NCBI GenBank assembly: GCA_964409875.1
Contig: CAYPEN010000006.1
Location: forward strand, 1-52,280
DNA length: 52,280 nucleotides
Direction of reading: 5' to 3'
Origin: an uncultured Gammaproteobacteria bacterium
GTDB taxonomy: Bacteria; Patescibacteriota; Microgenomatia; Levybacterales; GWA1-39-11
A model generated the notes under the pieces. It was given only the letters and a program-made list of their open reading frames with translations, made no database searches and was not told the DNA's origin. This document shows, piece after piece, positions 50,800 through 52,280 of this stretch. Within the stretch, counting starts at the first letter, position 1, and each line of letters opens with the position of its first letter. Made by a program: the position numbers and the translations under genes.

Positions 50800-51584
50800 T
50801 GGCATACGCTTTTGTTCAGCAAAAAGATGCCATTGTACTGTCAGCAGGTACGACGGCAACGACGCCGAACACCGACTCTGCGTTGACAGCGGGTAACATT
50901 GTTTTTTGGTGTGCAACGTATGGTAGCTCGTCGTCGAAAACCGTTACCATGTCGGACTCCAGTGGGCTACTGTCGTTTACTCAGTGCGGGAGCATCTTTG
51001 ACGCAACTGACGACGGCTCGCTTGTATGGGGCTATGCGGTCGTCAACACCAGTGGCGTGACGGCGGTTACCGCAACGATCTCCTCCAGCGTTTCATTCAC
51101 CGGCGTCTACATTGCCGAGTATTCTGGATTGAGCCTCACACCGTATACCAGCGGCGAAGCGGTCGCGTTTCGCAGTGCCGCACCTGGCACTACAACCGAT
51201 GCCATTACCAGTGGCAATACGCCATCATTGGCAACAGTACCGGCTGCTGTTGTTGGCTTTTGCTTCGATCGTGCCGGTGCGAATGCTCCCGCTGCTGGTA
51301 CCGGATTTACCGGCCTTTCCTCGGTGTGGAGTGGGTACGGCGTCTCAGAGCATAAGCGTGTGACAGCAAACTCGGCAGTTGCGGCCACGTTTACAGCATC
51401 GAATGGATCGAATAACTACTATACGGCAGTGCTGGTACTCGCCGAGGCTACTCCAGGAGGAATTGTTAATACAAAGAACCTAAGCGAATCTCTGACACTT
51501 TCCGATAGCATAAATGCGATGCGCATTTTGCCAATCCTAGATGATACATCGATGATTGCGAACGTATTCAGGAGCATTCAGTAG
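50799..51584 (+). CDS. Ser/Thr-rich beta-sandwich virion-like protein with a C-terminal KNL-x-E-x-L-x-L-x-D motif
   Basis: TAGN-x-x-x-x-x-A, G-x-x-x-x-EYSG; ends GGIVNTKNLSESLTLSDS. Confidence 0.6.
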   Translation: MAYAFVQQKDAIVLSAGTTATTPNTDSALTAGNIVFWCATYGSSSSKTVTMSDSSGLLSFTQCGSIFDATDDGSLVWGYAVVNTSGVTAVTATISSSVSFTGVYIAEYSGLSLTPYTSGEAVAFRSAAPGTTTDAITSGNTPSLATVPAAVVGFCFDRAGANAPAAGTGFTGLSSVWSGYGVSEHKRVTANSAVAATFTASNGSNNYYTAVLVLAEATPGGIVNTKNLSESLTLSDSINAMRILPILDDTSMIANVFRSIQ

Positions 51585-52280
51585 ATGACTGCACCGTTCC
51601 CATTATTCCAGAACAACGCGGCGAGCAGCCTTTCGGTCGCGGTGTCGAGCAACACGCAAGCCTCAATCACCTTGCAGACCGGGCACGGTGCCAGGTTCCC
51701 CTCCCCGCTCGCCCCGGACTACTTCATGGTGACGCTCGACGATGGCACCAACGTCGAGGTCTGCAAGTGCATCGCGCGCTCGGGAGACGTGCTCACCGTG
51801 CTGCGCGGCTACGAGGGCACGACGGCACAATCCTCCTTCGCCGTCAACGTGACCAAGGTCGAGCACCGGCTGACGGCCATGACCCTGGACCGGTTCATCG
51901 ACCGCTCCAGCTGGCCACTTGCCTCCACTCGCCCGATCATCGGCGTCGCTTCCTGGCAGAACCTCGGCTTTACGCTCCCCACGGTCGGCGGCACGGTGGC
52001 GGGTCAGGTGCTCACCAACAGCTCCTACCGCGGGCAACAGCTTCGCACACGCATCACAAGCGCCGCGAGCGCCTCCACGCCCGCCCACATCCGCAACGCG
52101 CAGCCCGCCGCGAGCGGGCAGCCTGGGTTCCGGTTCACGACGCGCTTTGGCTTCGCGATCGCCCCGAGCAGCTCGCACTTTTTCATCGGCCTTGTTGGGA
52201 CGACGGGTGTGGTGGGCTCGTCCTCCCCACCCAGCTCCCTGACCAATGCCATGGTGTTGGGGTTCGTCAACTCTGGCCTC
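51585..52280 (+). CDS. 3'-truncated fibre protein with a phage fibre N-terminal anchor domain (not in ORF track)
   Basis: Open to the window end: F-x-NNAASSL...G-x-GARFP...YFMVTL...E-x-x-K-x-x-ARSGD-x-LTV-x-RG-x-EGT. Confidence 0.75.
   Translation, partial: MTAPFPLFQNNAASSLSVAVSSNTQASITLQTGHGARFPSPLAPDYFMVTLDDGTNVEVCKCIARSGDVLTVLRGYEGTTAQSSFAVNVTKVEHRLTAMTLDRFIDRSSWPLASTRPIIGVASWQNLGFTLPTVGGTVAGQVLTNSSYRGQQLRTRITSAASASTPAHIRNAQPAASGQPGFRFTTRFGFAIAPSSSHFFIGLVGTTGVVGSSSPPSSLTNAMVLGFVNSGL

Larger units (their letters stand above)
1..52280. mobile_element. Tailed dsDNA bacteriophage genome (partial, probably circularly permuted), siphovirus-type tail
   Basis: Terminase, portal, protease, capsid, neck, tail tube, tape measure, tail tip, spanins and phage replication genes fill the window; no host housekeeping genes. 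Confidence 0.97.

Noticed and set aside
52200-52280. Direct circular join of window end to window start making one fibre gene
   Set aside because: Joining 52280 to 1 puts the end ORF out of frame with the first ORF and reaches TGA within 11 codons; no terminal repeat seen, so sequence is missing

Overview
The window is most of the genome of a tailed dsDNA phage with siphovirus-type tail genes, a GC-rich sequence and no host genes. It is cut inside + strand genes at both ends. The + strand carries neck, tail and lysis genes (1-13.6 kb) and packaging, head and accessory virion genes (33.4-52.3 kb). The - strand (13.6-33.1 kb) carries small accessory genes plus a replication and DNA-modification operon: SNF2 helicase, CsrA-like protein, SSB-like protein, primase, SF1 helicase, a full 7-deazaguanine pathway (queD, queE, queC, folE, dpdA), a beta-clamp-like protein, PolA and a nuclease. 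Spanins, a PagL-like barrel and CsrA point to a Gram-negative host, probably proteobacterial. No integrase, repressor, tRNA or CRISPR array was seen. The most unusual parts are: (i) a deazaguanine cluster with a phosphoribosyltransferase-FolE fusion and an extra Cys-motif protein next to dpdA; (ii) a head-module block with a ~980-aa GT4-methyltransferase-GT2 fusion, a radical SAM enzyme and a run of glycan-binding or glycan-degrading virion-like proteins, a candidate virion glycosylation and appendage system; (iii) a phage PagL-like lipid A deacylase. All family names come from motif recognition by eye; no database searches were run.
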